Assembly (NCBI GenBank): GCA_004212155.1
Contig: RXIG01000006.1
Location: 1 to 23,794, forward strand
DNA from: an archaeon
Lineage (GTDB): Archaea > Methanobacteriota_B > Thermococci > Methanofastidiosales > NM3
Length of the DNA stretch: 23,794 nucleotides
Reading direction: 5' to 3'
This document shows positions 16,418 to 23,794 of the stretch, piece after piece (the stretch's first letter is position 1; every line of letters begins with the position of its first letter). The position numbers and the translations under genes are program-made. Below the pieces are notes generated by a model. That model saw only the letters and a program-made list of their open reading frames with translations. It ran no database searches and was not told where the DNA came from.

Positions 16418-17262
16418 AGCGTATCGGCGCGCACGTGTCCATCGCCGGGGGCGTGAGCAACGCCATCGGGCGCCAGCGCGAGGTCGGGGGCAACGCGGGA
16501 CAGATCTTTTCATCCTCTCCGCGCACGTGGAAGGCCGAGGCCCCATCGCGGGAGGAGGCGTCCCGATTCAAAAGCCTTCGTACGGAGGCCGACCAACGCC
16601 CGTATGTCGTGCACGGCACCTACCTCATCAACCTCGGAACGAAAAACGACGACGTCTACGAGCGCTCGCTCGACGCGTTGCAGACCGAACTTGACATCAC
16701 GGGGCAGCTCGGGATCGAGTATTATGTATTCCACCCGGGCGCCGCCACCGGCGGATGGGGCGCCGATGAGGGCATATCCCGCGTCGCCGAGGGCCTGGAC
16801 AGGCTCGAGATACCCGAGGGCACGACGCTCCTTCTCGAGGACACTGCCGGCAAGGGATCGACACTGGGACGCACCTTTTCTGAGCTCAATGAAATGGTCG
16901 AACGCTCAGGCCACGGCCTTGGTCGCATCGGCATCTGTTTCGATACGTGCCATGCGTTCTGCGCAGGGTACCCCATCCACACCGAGAGGGGCCTTGCCGA
17001 CACGCTCGACGAGCTCGACGACGCGGTGGGCCTCAAGCACCTCCACATCGTGCATCTCAACGACTCGAAACATCCCTTCGACAGCCGCAAGGACGAACAC
17101 GCCCACATCGGCATGGGCGAGATAGGCGAGGACGCGTTTCGAAGGATCGTCAACGAACCGCGTCTTGGCAACGTTCCCTTCATCCTGGAGACGCCGGTGA
17201 CCGAGGAGCGCGGCTATGCGTGGAACATCGCCAAGGTGCGCTCGCTCATGGAAGGCGAGTGA
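16414..17262 (+). CDS. nfo: Endonuclease IV (AP endonuclease)
   Basis: IGAHVSIAGG, QIF...PR.W, VH..YLINL, FHPG, LLE.TAG, DTCHAF, HLNDSK, D.H.HIG.G and ILETP. Start moved to ATG 16414. Confidence 0.96.
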   Translation: MKRIGAHVSIAGGVSNAIGRQREVGGNAGQIFSSSPRTWKAEAPSREEASRFKSLRTEADQRPYVVHGTYLINLGTKNDDVYERSLDALQTELDITGQLGIEYYVFHPGAATGGWGADEGISRVAEGLDRLEIPEGTTLLLEDTAGKGSTLGRTFSELNEMVERSGHGLGRIGICFDTCHAFCAGYPIHTERGLADTLDELDDAVGLKHLHIVHLNDSKHPFDSRKDEHAHIGMGEIGEDAFRRIVNEPRLGNVPFILETPVTEERGYAWNIAKVRSLMEGE

Positions 17263-17265
17263 GCC

Positions 17266-18336
17266 CTACGCCCAGCGTACGAGTATGTCCTCTCTATTGA
17301 AAATGGCCTTTGCAAAGTAGTAGAGGCCGCCGTTTGCCGCCGCGAACGCGCCGGAGATCGCAAGCATCGCAAGCGGCGTGAGCAGTATCACGCCTGCGAG
17401 CACCCCGAACATCAAGACGATGACGGGCATCACGATGAAGCCGCCGACCTGCTGTGCCGCACGCACGTCGGTGACGCGTGACGAGACGATGACGCATGCG
17501 AGAATGCTCATGATGCATGCCAGCGGGGCGAGCAGCAGTATGCCAAGCACCCACGTGAGATTGGGGAGCAGCGGTTCGCCGAGCTGCGAGAGGAAGATGT
17601 TGATGATGGCCCCTCCCACCGCTACGGCGCCAAGCGTCGAGGCCATCGAGGGCACGAAGGCGGAGAGCACCTTCCCGAGGAGCAGTTCGCCATCGGTCGT
17701 CGGCGATGCCAGTATCGGCTCGAGGCTCTTGTTGTTCTTTTCACCAACGATGCTGTATGAGGCGATGATCGTCGGAAGCGTCACGGGGAGGATGATGAAG
17801 AGTATGAGCGTCGTGTTGAGGAACATGGGGATGAGCTTCTCGAGCTCGGACTCGCGCTCATGTTCGAAGACAAGCTCTGAATCAACAGACATGATGGTCT
17901 CTCCGTCGAGCCCCGCGCCCCTCGAGTTCGTTACGACGCAGTTGTAGAGATTGACGTTTTCAAGCAGGCACGAATCGATCGTCACGTTTTTCAGCGTCGA
18001 ATCGCGCACGTCACATTCGGTAAGCACGGCACGTTCGATGGTCGCGTTGACGACCCTTGTATTCTGGAGCGCCACATCGGCTGTCTCGACGGATTCGAGC
18101 GTCGACGCAGTTTCAGGCACGTCCCATGAAGGGTCGAGCCTCCCCTGCGTGAACAGGTTTTCCACATCCCAGGTGGGGCCCTCTGGGGCCTCCATGGCGA
18201 TGGGGGCGAACATCGAGAGAGGGATGAGAATCCCAAGTATGAGAGGCATCGCTATGATGGAGCCGATCACGAGCTTTTGCCTGCGAAACTCTGAAAGGTC
18301 CTTTCTCATGACCGCCTTCGCGTTGTCGGATATCAT
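17266..18336 (-). CDS. ABC-2 type exporter permease with repeat-containing loop
   Basis: ASYSIVGEKNNKSLEPILASP...ELLLGK and SSRV.D.RAAQQ. Start ATG 18336 after GGAAGGTGG overlaps the ATPase stop. Confidence 0.88.
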   Translation of the reverse strand: MISDNAKAVMRKDLSEFRRQKLVIGSIIAMPLILGILIPLSMFAPIAMEAPEGPTWDVENLFTQGRLDPSWDVPETASTLESVETADVALQNTRVVNATIERAVLTECDVRDSTLKNVTIDSCLLENVNLYNCVVTNSRGAGLDGETIMSVDSELVFEHERESELEKLIPMFLNTTLILFIILPVTLPTIIASYSIVGEKNNKSLEPILASPTTDGELLLGKVLSAFVPSMASTLGAVAVGGAIINIFLSQLGEPLLPNLTWVLGILLLAPLACIMSILACVIVSSRVTDVRAAQQVGGFIVMPVIVLMFGVLAGVILLTPLAMLAISGAFAAANGGLYYFAKAIFNREDILVRWA

Positions 18337-19262
18337 CGGCGGCCACCTTCCTCCATGAGTCTGAGGTAGACGTCCTCGAGCGAGTATTCCTCCTCCTCGA
18401 CAAACTGTACCCGCGCGCCCTTCTCGACGAGCCACTTCACGAGCGACGGATTGTTTTGTTCCGGGTCTTTGACCGTAAGGCGAAGCCGTGTGCCGCTCGT
18501 CTCTATCGATGCGATGTACGGGAATGATTCGAGCCCCTCTGCAAGCGATGGGTCCTCTTCCGCGAGGGTCACGGTGAGCGTACGGGCAAAGAGCCCTCGA
18601 GCGAGATTCCCTGGAGGGCCGACCTGGATCGTGCGTCCGTTGATGAGCGCCACCCTGTCGCAGATGCGCTCCGCCTCGGCGAGGTTGTGCGTGTTGATGA
18701 CGATCGTCTTTCCTTCCTCGCGCAGCGACACGATGTAGTCTCGCACCGTCTTTGAAGCCTTGGGGTCGAGGCCGGCCGTCGGCTCGTCGAGGAAGAGGTA
18801 TGTCGGGTCATGCAGTATTGCGCGCGCGATCGCCACCTTCTGGCGCATGCCCTTTGAGAACGTGCCCACCGCATCGTCTCGCCTGTCCCAGAGATCGAAC
18901 TTCTCAAGCACCTCCTTGATGGAGCGCTCGCGCAGCGCTTGCGGCATGCCGTAGAGCTTGCCGTAGAAGTCGAGATTCGCATGCGCGCTGAGCGTATCGT
19001 AGAGGCCCGGCGCCTCGGGCAGCAGACCGGTGATGCGGCGTATCTCTTGCTGGCCCCGCAGGTCCAGGATAGAATGCCCCCCGATGGTGGCATCTCCCGA
19101 GGTGGGGGCGATCAGGCACGCGAGCATGCGCATCGTGGTCGTCTTGCCCGCTCCGTTCGGGCCGAGCAGACCGAAGACCTCCCTGTCCTCTATGGTAAGG
19201 TTGAGGTCGGATATCGCCGTGATATCGTCATAACGCCGGGTAAGAGCATTGCATTTGATCAT
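18333..19262 (-). CDS. ABC exporter ATP-binding protein
   Basis: GPNGAGKTT, FSKGMRQK, LFLDEPTAGLDP, H-loop NTHNL, C-terminal SLEDVYL. Confidence 0.96.
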   Translation of the reverse strand: MIKCNALTRRYDDITAISDLNLTIEDREVFGLLGPNGAGKTTTMRMLACLIAPTSGDATIGGHSILDLRGQQEIRRITGLLPEAPGLYDTLSAHANLDFYGKLYGMPQALRERSIKEVLEKFDLWDRRDDAVGTFSKGMRQKVAIARAILHDPTYLFLDEPTAGLDPKASKTVRDYIVSLREEGKTIVINTHNLAEAERICDRVALINGRTIQVGPPGNLARGLFARTLTVTLAEEDPSLAEGLESFPYIASIETSGTRLRLTVKDPEQNNPSLVKWLVEKGARVQFVEEEEYSLEDVYLRLMEEGGRR

Positions 19263-19344
19263 GTGGATACATCCTATGAGATTAACTTATTAATTTTATA
19301 TGATAGTACGAAGTAGAAGAGATCAAAGTATAATTTTTTATTTT

Positions 19345-21954
19345 TTATTCAATTATTATGTATCTTCCATCATAATCTTTAGAATTAATGAACCATTCTA
19401 AAGCTTTTTTAGTTCCATTTCTGTCTGAACCTGCAATTACAATATAGGTTTGCCCATTATATTCAATTTTTTCAATAATCCCTTTTCCCCAACCAGGATT
19501 AGAGTTGCTCACGAAATAATCATAATTATTATCATATTCATTTTCTTGATGGCTTTTATAAGTCGAGGATAACGTTGCTAGTTCGACTATTAAGGGATTA
19601 GCAATTGGTCCGCCAAGTACAATAATATCATTTTCATCACATGGTATAGTAGCATATTCATGAGCAATGGTAAGGTCAAAGCTATCCTTACCACATACTA
19701 TTGGTACTCCTTCCACATAAGTCACTATTATGTCCTTATTTAGGAGTATATCGGGTGATTCAACTAAGATTATATTTAATGGAATATTGTATTTATCATC
19801 ATCGCTTCTGATATCGTACGTTACTGCAGAATTGTCTGATGGACAAATAGTAATGTTTGTGGTTACTTTGTCTTCATATATTATAGGATGAAAAAGAGCA
19901 TTGATCTGCCTATCACCATTTCCATTGTAACCATATTGCACATTGAAAAATCCATCTGTGATAATATTTCTATCGTTTGTAAATGTGACCTGTAAATTCA
20001 ACGTATCGGACCAGAATTTTTCATCATATATCTCAAAGATTAATTCTTGTTTAACATGGGGGAATAAATTTAAATATAATTTCTGATTCGCATTTTGAAT
20101 ATCAGTATTGTTAATTTTTTTATCAAGAATTTTAGTAATCCCAGAGGTATCATACTCAATATCGAATGGAGTTATCACTTGCTCGTAATTTAATCTTCCA
20201 TATTGATTATATTCTCTGATTAATTCTCTAATCTCATTCATCATAGGACGAATTCCATCTATTTCATAAAATGTAAAGAAGTTGCCCTGATCTACATCAG
20301 TCCAATGTTCTAAAGCATTTATTATGTCTTCCTCGGCCAAGTTATCAATGTCGTAATTATCGATAATGTAGTCTAAAAATGGATAGAAGTACATATCGAT
20401 ATCGTGCCATAACGGATTTTGACCCCAAAAATCAATATCTGCTGTAAAAGTTGCTACATCGTGAAAGAGCATATATCCCGAATTGTATCCATTAAAGTAT
20501 ACTGTGGCGTAATATGCAACAAGATCAGAGAAGTACTGAGAATAGTCTTCACAAAAAAGTATATCTTCCCCAAACTCCCCAATTGTTTCAAAATGAGTTT
20601 CAAAGAAAGACGAAAAACTTTTGCCCGTGACTTTGTATGCGGCCTTTCTCAAAGTATATAAGTTGACATCCTCTTCACCCCTATGTTCATACAAGTATTT
20701 TTGTACATCATCAATAGAGTATGTCCCTTCTGATTTTGAAAGTATTGTATTGTCCAACAAGGCTATCGCTAGTTCTGTCCACACATACTTTGTCTGATCC
20801 CTTTCAACCAGGTCGTCTGATTCAAAAGCTTGACGCGAAGGAAGAAGTCCTTTGTCTGCACGGAGCATGTATGAAAGATAATGTATATAGAATGCACCAA
20901 GGAACAGTTCATTCTCCGTATATTTATAGGCGAGCATGTGCTGGTAATACATGCTGATACCTTCCTCATATGAAAAGTTGTCACTATTTCTTATAAGTCC
21001 CATACTTCCAAAATTATATGCATGAAACATGTGGTGTATCGTCCAGCATATGCGTTCATAGTAATAAGAAGGTTCAATACCAAAAGCCCAATTATAATGC
21101 CTCGAATTGCCTCTATCGAAAACTATGTACTTTTCTAATGGAAAATCACCGTAAATACGTTCAAGTTCTTCAATGGTCCATTCGATCAAATCTAGGTTAA
21201 AATCATAAGCTTCGTCGATTGAGGATGTTAGAATCGGCCCCCACGACGTATCGGGCAGGCGTTTATTTTCATCATCTGTGCCAAAATAACATAATTGAAT
21301 CAGGGTGTCCCCCTGTTGTTTCTCATATAATTTATAGGGATAACCGATTATCGTAATGCCATAATAGAGATCGACAATTCGTTCCTCGAATATTTTTGGG
21401 CATGAATATACATCTTTATCTTCCTCATGATAGTTTGTAATAATCATCATATCCTCGGGATAATCAAATTCCAAACTAATCTCGTCTTCATGCCCTAAGG
21501 GAAATAGCAGAGTGCCAATTGGTGACAAGAATAAACATGTTTCTTCAAAAGACATTGAAACATAATTTTCATTGATATCATTAATACCTAAAATAACATC
21601 TTCATCCAATTGATATGATATGAATATTTCATTCACTTGTTCATTTATTGTAATTCGATTGTTTTCTATAGAATATTTGACCGGTTCGTGATTTCCATTT
21701 TGTATACTTATATCATCTAAAGTTGAAAGTAAGTATGATTCTTCTAAAGTGTGCCTCATTTTATATAGTAAATCGAACGTAATTAAACTATCTTGATTAG
21801 TCAGATAATGAATATCAATTTCTACTGGTCCATTTAGATCAGACAAAGAAATTTCATACTCTAAAATATTAGTATATGTACTTTCATACGCACTTGGTGT
21901 TAAAAAAAGCGATACAATAAGAATTAATAAGCAAAAACATATTTTTGCCGACAT
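19345..21954 (-). CDS. Secreted M1/M61 gluzincin-like protein with C-terminal S-layer-type domain
   Basis: 869-aa ORF in AT-rich DNA. Signal peptide, HHMFH.....EEGISMYY metal-site region, M1-like helical tail, C-terminal IIVLGGPIANP...PG.GKGII...IVIAGSDR.GT motif typical of Methanococcales/Thermococcales S-layer proteins. Confidence 0.75.
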   Translation of the reverse strand: MSAKICFCLLILIVSLFLTPSAYESTYTNILEYEISLSDLNGPVEIDIHYLTNQDSLITFDLLYKMRHTLEESYLLSTLDDISIQNGNHEPVKYSIENNRITINEQVNEIFISYQLDEDVILGINDINENYVSMSFEETCLFLSPIGTLLFPLGHEDEISLEFDYPEDMMIITNYHEEDKDVYSCPKIFEERIVDLYYGITIIGYPYKLYEKQQGDTLIQLCYFGTDDENKRLPDTSWGPILTSSIDEAYDFNLDLIEWTIEELERIYGDFPLEKYIVFDRGNSRHYNWAFGIEPSYYYERICWTIHHMFHAYNFGSMGLIRNSDNFSYEEGISMYYQHMLAYKYTENELFLGAFYIHYLSYMLRADKGLLPSRQAFESDDLVERDQTKYVWTELAIALLDNTILSKSEGTYSIDDVQKYLYEHRGEEDVNLYTLRKAAYKVTGKSFSSFFETHFETIGEFGEDILFCEDYSQYFSDLVAYYATVYFNGYNSGYMLFHDVATFTADIDFWGQNPLWHDIDMYFYPFLDYIIDNYDIDNLAEEDIINALEHWTDVDQGNFFTFYEIDGIRPMMNEIRELIREYNQYGRLNYEQVITPFDIEYDTSGITKILDKKINNTDIQNANQKLYLNLFPHVKQELIFEIYDEKFWSDTLNLQVTFTNDRNIITDGFFNVQYGYNGNGDRQINALFHPIIYEDKVTTNITICPSDNSAVTYDIRSDDDKYNIPLNIILVESPDILLNKDIIVTYVEGVPIVCGKDSFDLTIAHEYATIPCDENDIIVLGGPIANPLIVELATLSSTYKSHQENEYDNNYDYFVSNSNPGWGKGIIEKIEYNGQTYIVIAGSDRNGTKKALEWFINSKDYDGRYIIIE

Positions 21955-22029
21955 TATATGAATTGTAAAAACAATTTATAAATAATTTTCCGCTTATTCA
22001 CTACAATTGTATAATTATAAAGAATATAA

Positions 22030-22044
22030 TTAAAAGAAGAAAAG
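22030..22044 (-). terminator. Oligo-T terminator after rpsJ
   Basis: Minus strand reads CTTTTCTTCTTTTAA shortly after the rpsJ stop. Confidence 0.55.
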
Positions 22045-22055
22045 GTTGACCTCCG

Positions 22056-22364
22056 TTAGGAGATCAGCTCGATTTCAATACTGACGCCTTCGGGTACTCG
22101 CACTCTCATCACTTGCTTCATCGCTCGTTCTTCCGCGTCGACTTCTATAAGACGCTTGTGGATCCTCATCTCCCAGCGGTCCCATGTGGCGGTGCCCTCG
22201 CCGTCAGGCGACTTTCGCACCGGCACCTTGAGCCTCTTCGTGGGTAGCGGGATGGGACCGGCCATGTTGACGCCGGTCCTCTCGGCGATCTTCTTGACCT
22301 GGTCGCAGACCTCGTCGAGCCGCTCGGGTTGAGTACCTGCGAGTCTAATACGTGCTCTTTGCAA
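22056..22364 (-). CDS. rpsJ: 30S ribosomal protein S10 (uS10)
   Basis: [35 protein letters not shown] start with GGAGG upstream. Follows tuf. Confidence 0.98.
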   Translation of the reverse strand: MQRARIRLAGTQPERLDEVCDQVKKIAERTGVNMAGPIPLPTKRLKVPVRKSPDGEGTATWDRWEMRIHKRLIEVDAEERAMKQVMRVRVPEGVSIEIELIS

Positions 22365-22399
22365 TCCAATCGCCTCCAGGGCTAACCCTTATGGGGTTA

Positions 22400-23698
22400 T
22401 TAGTACTGTCCGCCCTTGTGGATTGCAATGCACATGCCAGCTGCTACCGTAGTACCCATGTCGCGTATTGCGAAGCGTCCCATCTCAGGGATTTCCTTGT
22501 AGTTCTCGAGCACCATAGGCTTCGTCGGCCTGAGCTCGACGATCGCGGCGTCACCGGACTTGAGGAACTTGGGGTTCTCCTCTGCGACACCACCGGTCTT
22601 CTTGTCGAGCTTTGCGACAAGCGCCTCGAACGTACAGGCGACCTGTGACGTGTAGGCGTGGAACACGGGTGTGTATCCGGCGGTGATGGCGGTCGGGTGC
22701 GTGAGCACGGCGATCTGCGCCCTGAAGGTGTCCTTCGGGGTGATGACGCTTGGCGGGTTGTTGACGTGCCCTATGACGTCGCCCCTCCGGATGTCCTTCT
22801 TGCCGATGCCGCGGATGTTGAATCCGACGTTGTCACCGGGGCGTGCCTCTTTGAGGGTCACGTGGTGCATCTCGATCGTCTTGACCTCGCCGGTCACGGG
22901 CTTGCCGACGATCGATGAGGCGGGCTCGAAGATGACCTTGTCACCGAGCTTCATGATGCCTGTCTCGACCCTGCCCACAGGGACGGTGCCGACACCGGTG
23001 ATGGTGAAGACGTCCTGGACCGGAAGCCTGAGCGGCTTGTCGATCGGGGGCTGTGGCTGCTCGAGCGCGTCGATGGCGTCGATGAGTGACTTGCCCTTGT
23101 ACCACGAGAGCTTGTCCGATGCTGCAGTGATGTTGTCTCCATGGAACGCAGAGACAGGGATGAACGGCGTCTGGTCGGGCTTGAATCCGACGACGCGAAT
23201 GAGCTTTGAGACCGCGTCCTTGATCTCGTTGAACTTCTCTTCCTTGTAGTCGACGACGTCCATCTTGTTGATGGCGACGACGAGATTGGTGATTCCAAGC
23301 GTTCGTGCGAGGAAGACGTGTTCCTTCGTCTGCGGCATGACACCGTCGTTGGCGGCGACGACGAGCACAGCGGCGTCGGCCTGCGATGCGCCGGTGATCA
23401 TGTTCTTGACGAAGTCTCGGTGACCGGGACAGTCCACGATGGTGATGTACTTGTTGTCAGTCTCGAACTTCTTGTGAGCGAGGTCGATAGTGACCCCCCT
23501 CTCACGCTCCTCCTTGAGGCTGTCCATGACCCAAGCGAACTTGAAGGTCTTTCCCTTCTCTCCCATGTCCTCGAACTTCTTGATGACAGTGTCCCTGATG
23601 TCTCCATGCTGAAGGAGCAACTGTCCAACGGTTGTAGACTTACCGTGGTCGACGTGACCTATAAAAGCTACATTCATGTGGGGTTTCTCTTTTGCCAT
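22400..23698 (-). CDS. tuf: Translation elongation factor 1-alpha
   Basis: [46 protein letters not shown]. Confidence 0.99.
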   Translation of the reverse strand: MAKEKPHMNVAFIGHVDHGKSTTVGQLLLQHGDIRDTVIKKFEDMGEKGKTFKFAWVMDSLKEERERGVTIDLAHKKFETDNKYITIVDCPGHRDFVKNMITGASQADAAVLVVAANDGVMPQTKEHVFLARTLGITNLVVAINKMDVVDYKEEKFNEIKDAVSKLIRVVGFKPDQTPFIPVSAFHGDNITAASDKLSWYKGKSLIDAIDALEQPQPPIDKPLRLPVQDVFTITGVGTVPVGRVETGIMKLGDKVIFEPASSIVGKPVTGEVKTIEMHHVTLKEARPGDNVGFNIRGIGKKDIRRGDVIGHVNNPPSVITPKDTFRAQIAVLTHPTAITAGYTPVFHAYTSQVACTFEALVAKLDKKTGGVAEENPKFLKSGDAAIVELRPTKPMVLENYKEIPEMGRFAIRDMGTTVAAGMCIAIHKGGQY

Positions 23699-23745
23699 TT
23701 GATTATCCTCCTGATTACTGGATTAGCATCTCAATTAAGATTATG

Positions 23746-23762
23746 CTTTTTAAATTTTTCTG
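23746..23762 (-). promoter_or_regulatory. Candidate BRE/TATA promoter of tuf-rpsJ
   Basis: Minus strand CAGAAAAATTTAAAAAG about 50 nt upstream of the tuf ATG. Confidence 0.55.
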
Positions 23763-23794
23763 CTTGCCTGCGATGCTAACGCTTGGTTTATCCC

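Noticed and set aside
19345-21954. Mobile element around the AT-rich gene
   Set aside because: No recombinase or transposase gene and no terminal or target repeats were found.

Overview
Archaeal chromosomal window with GC-rich genes and very AT-rich spacers. It is probably from a Thermococci-related lineage such as Methanofastidiosa or Theionarchaea, inferred from Thermococcales-like EF-1alpha segments and the oriC-cdc6-DP1-DP2 order. Left to right: a partial divergent cis-prenyltransferase-like gene; a replication origin with four ORB-type boxes; cdc6/orc1; both DNA polymerase D subunits (no inteins); two small putative DNA-binding proteins (one 50-aa RHH gene is missing from the ORF track); a thiamine cluster (yjbQ, isochorismatase-like hydrolase, thiB, thiP, thiR); a CPA2 antiporter; a divergent Nre plus Mrp pair opposite a hypothetical gene plus endonuclease IV; an ABC-2 exporter; an AT-rich secreted gluzincin-like protein with an S-layer-type tail; rpsJ; and EF-1alpha. 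The most striking observation is an exact 21-nt copy of an origin ORB inside the DP1 coding linker. Others are an apparent ATC start for thiR, a pentapeptide-repeat loop in the ABC permease, and an HHxxH motif in place of HExxH in the secreted protein. All family calls come from motif recognition; no database search was run.
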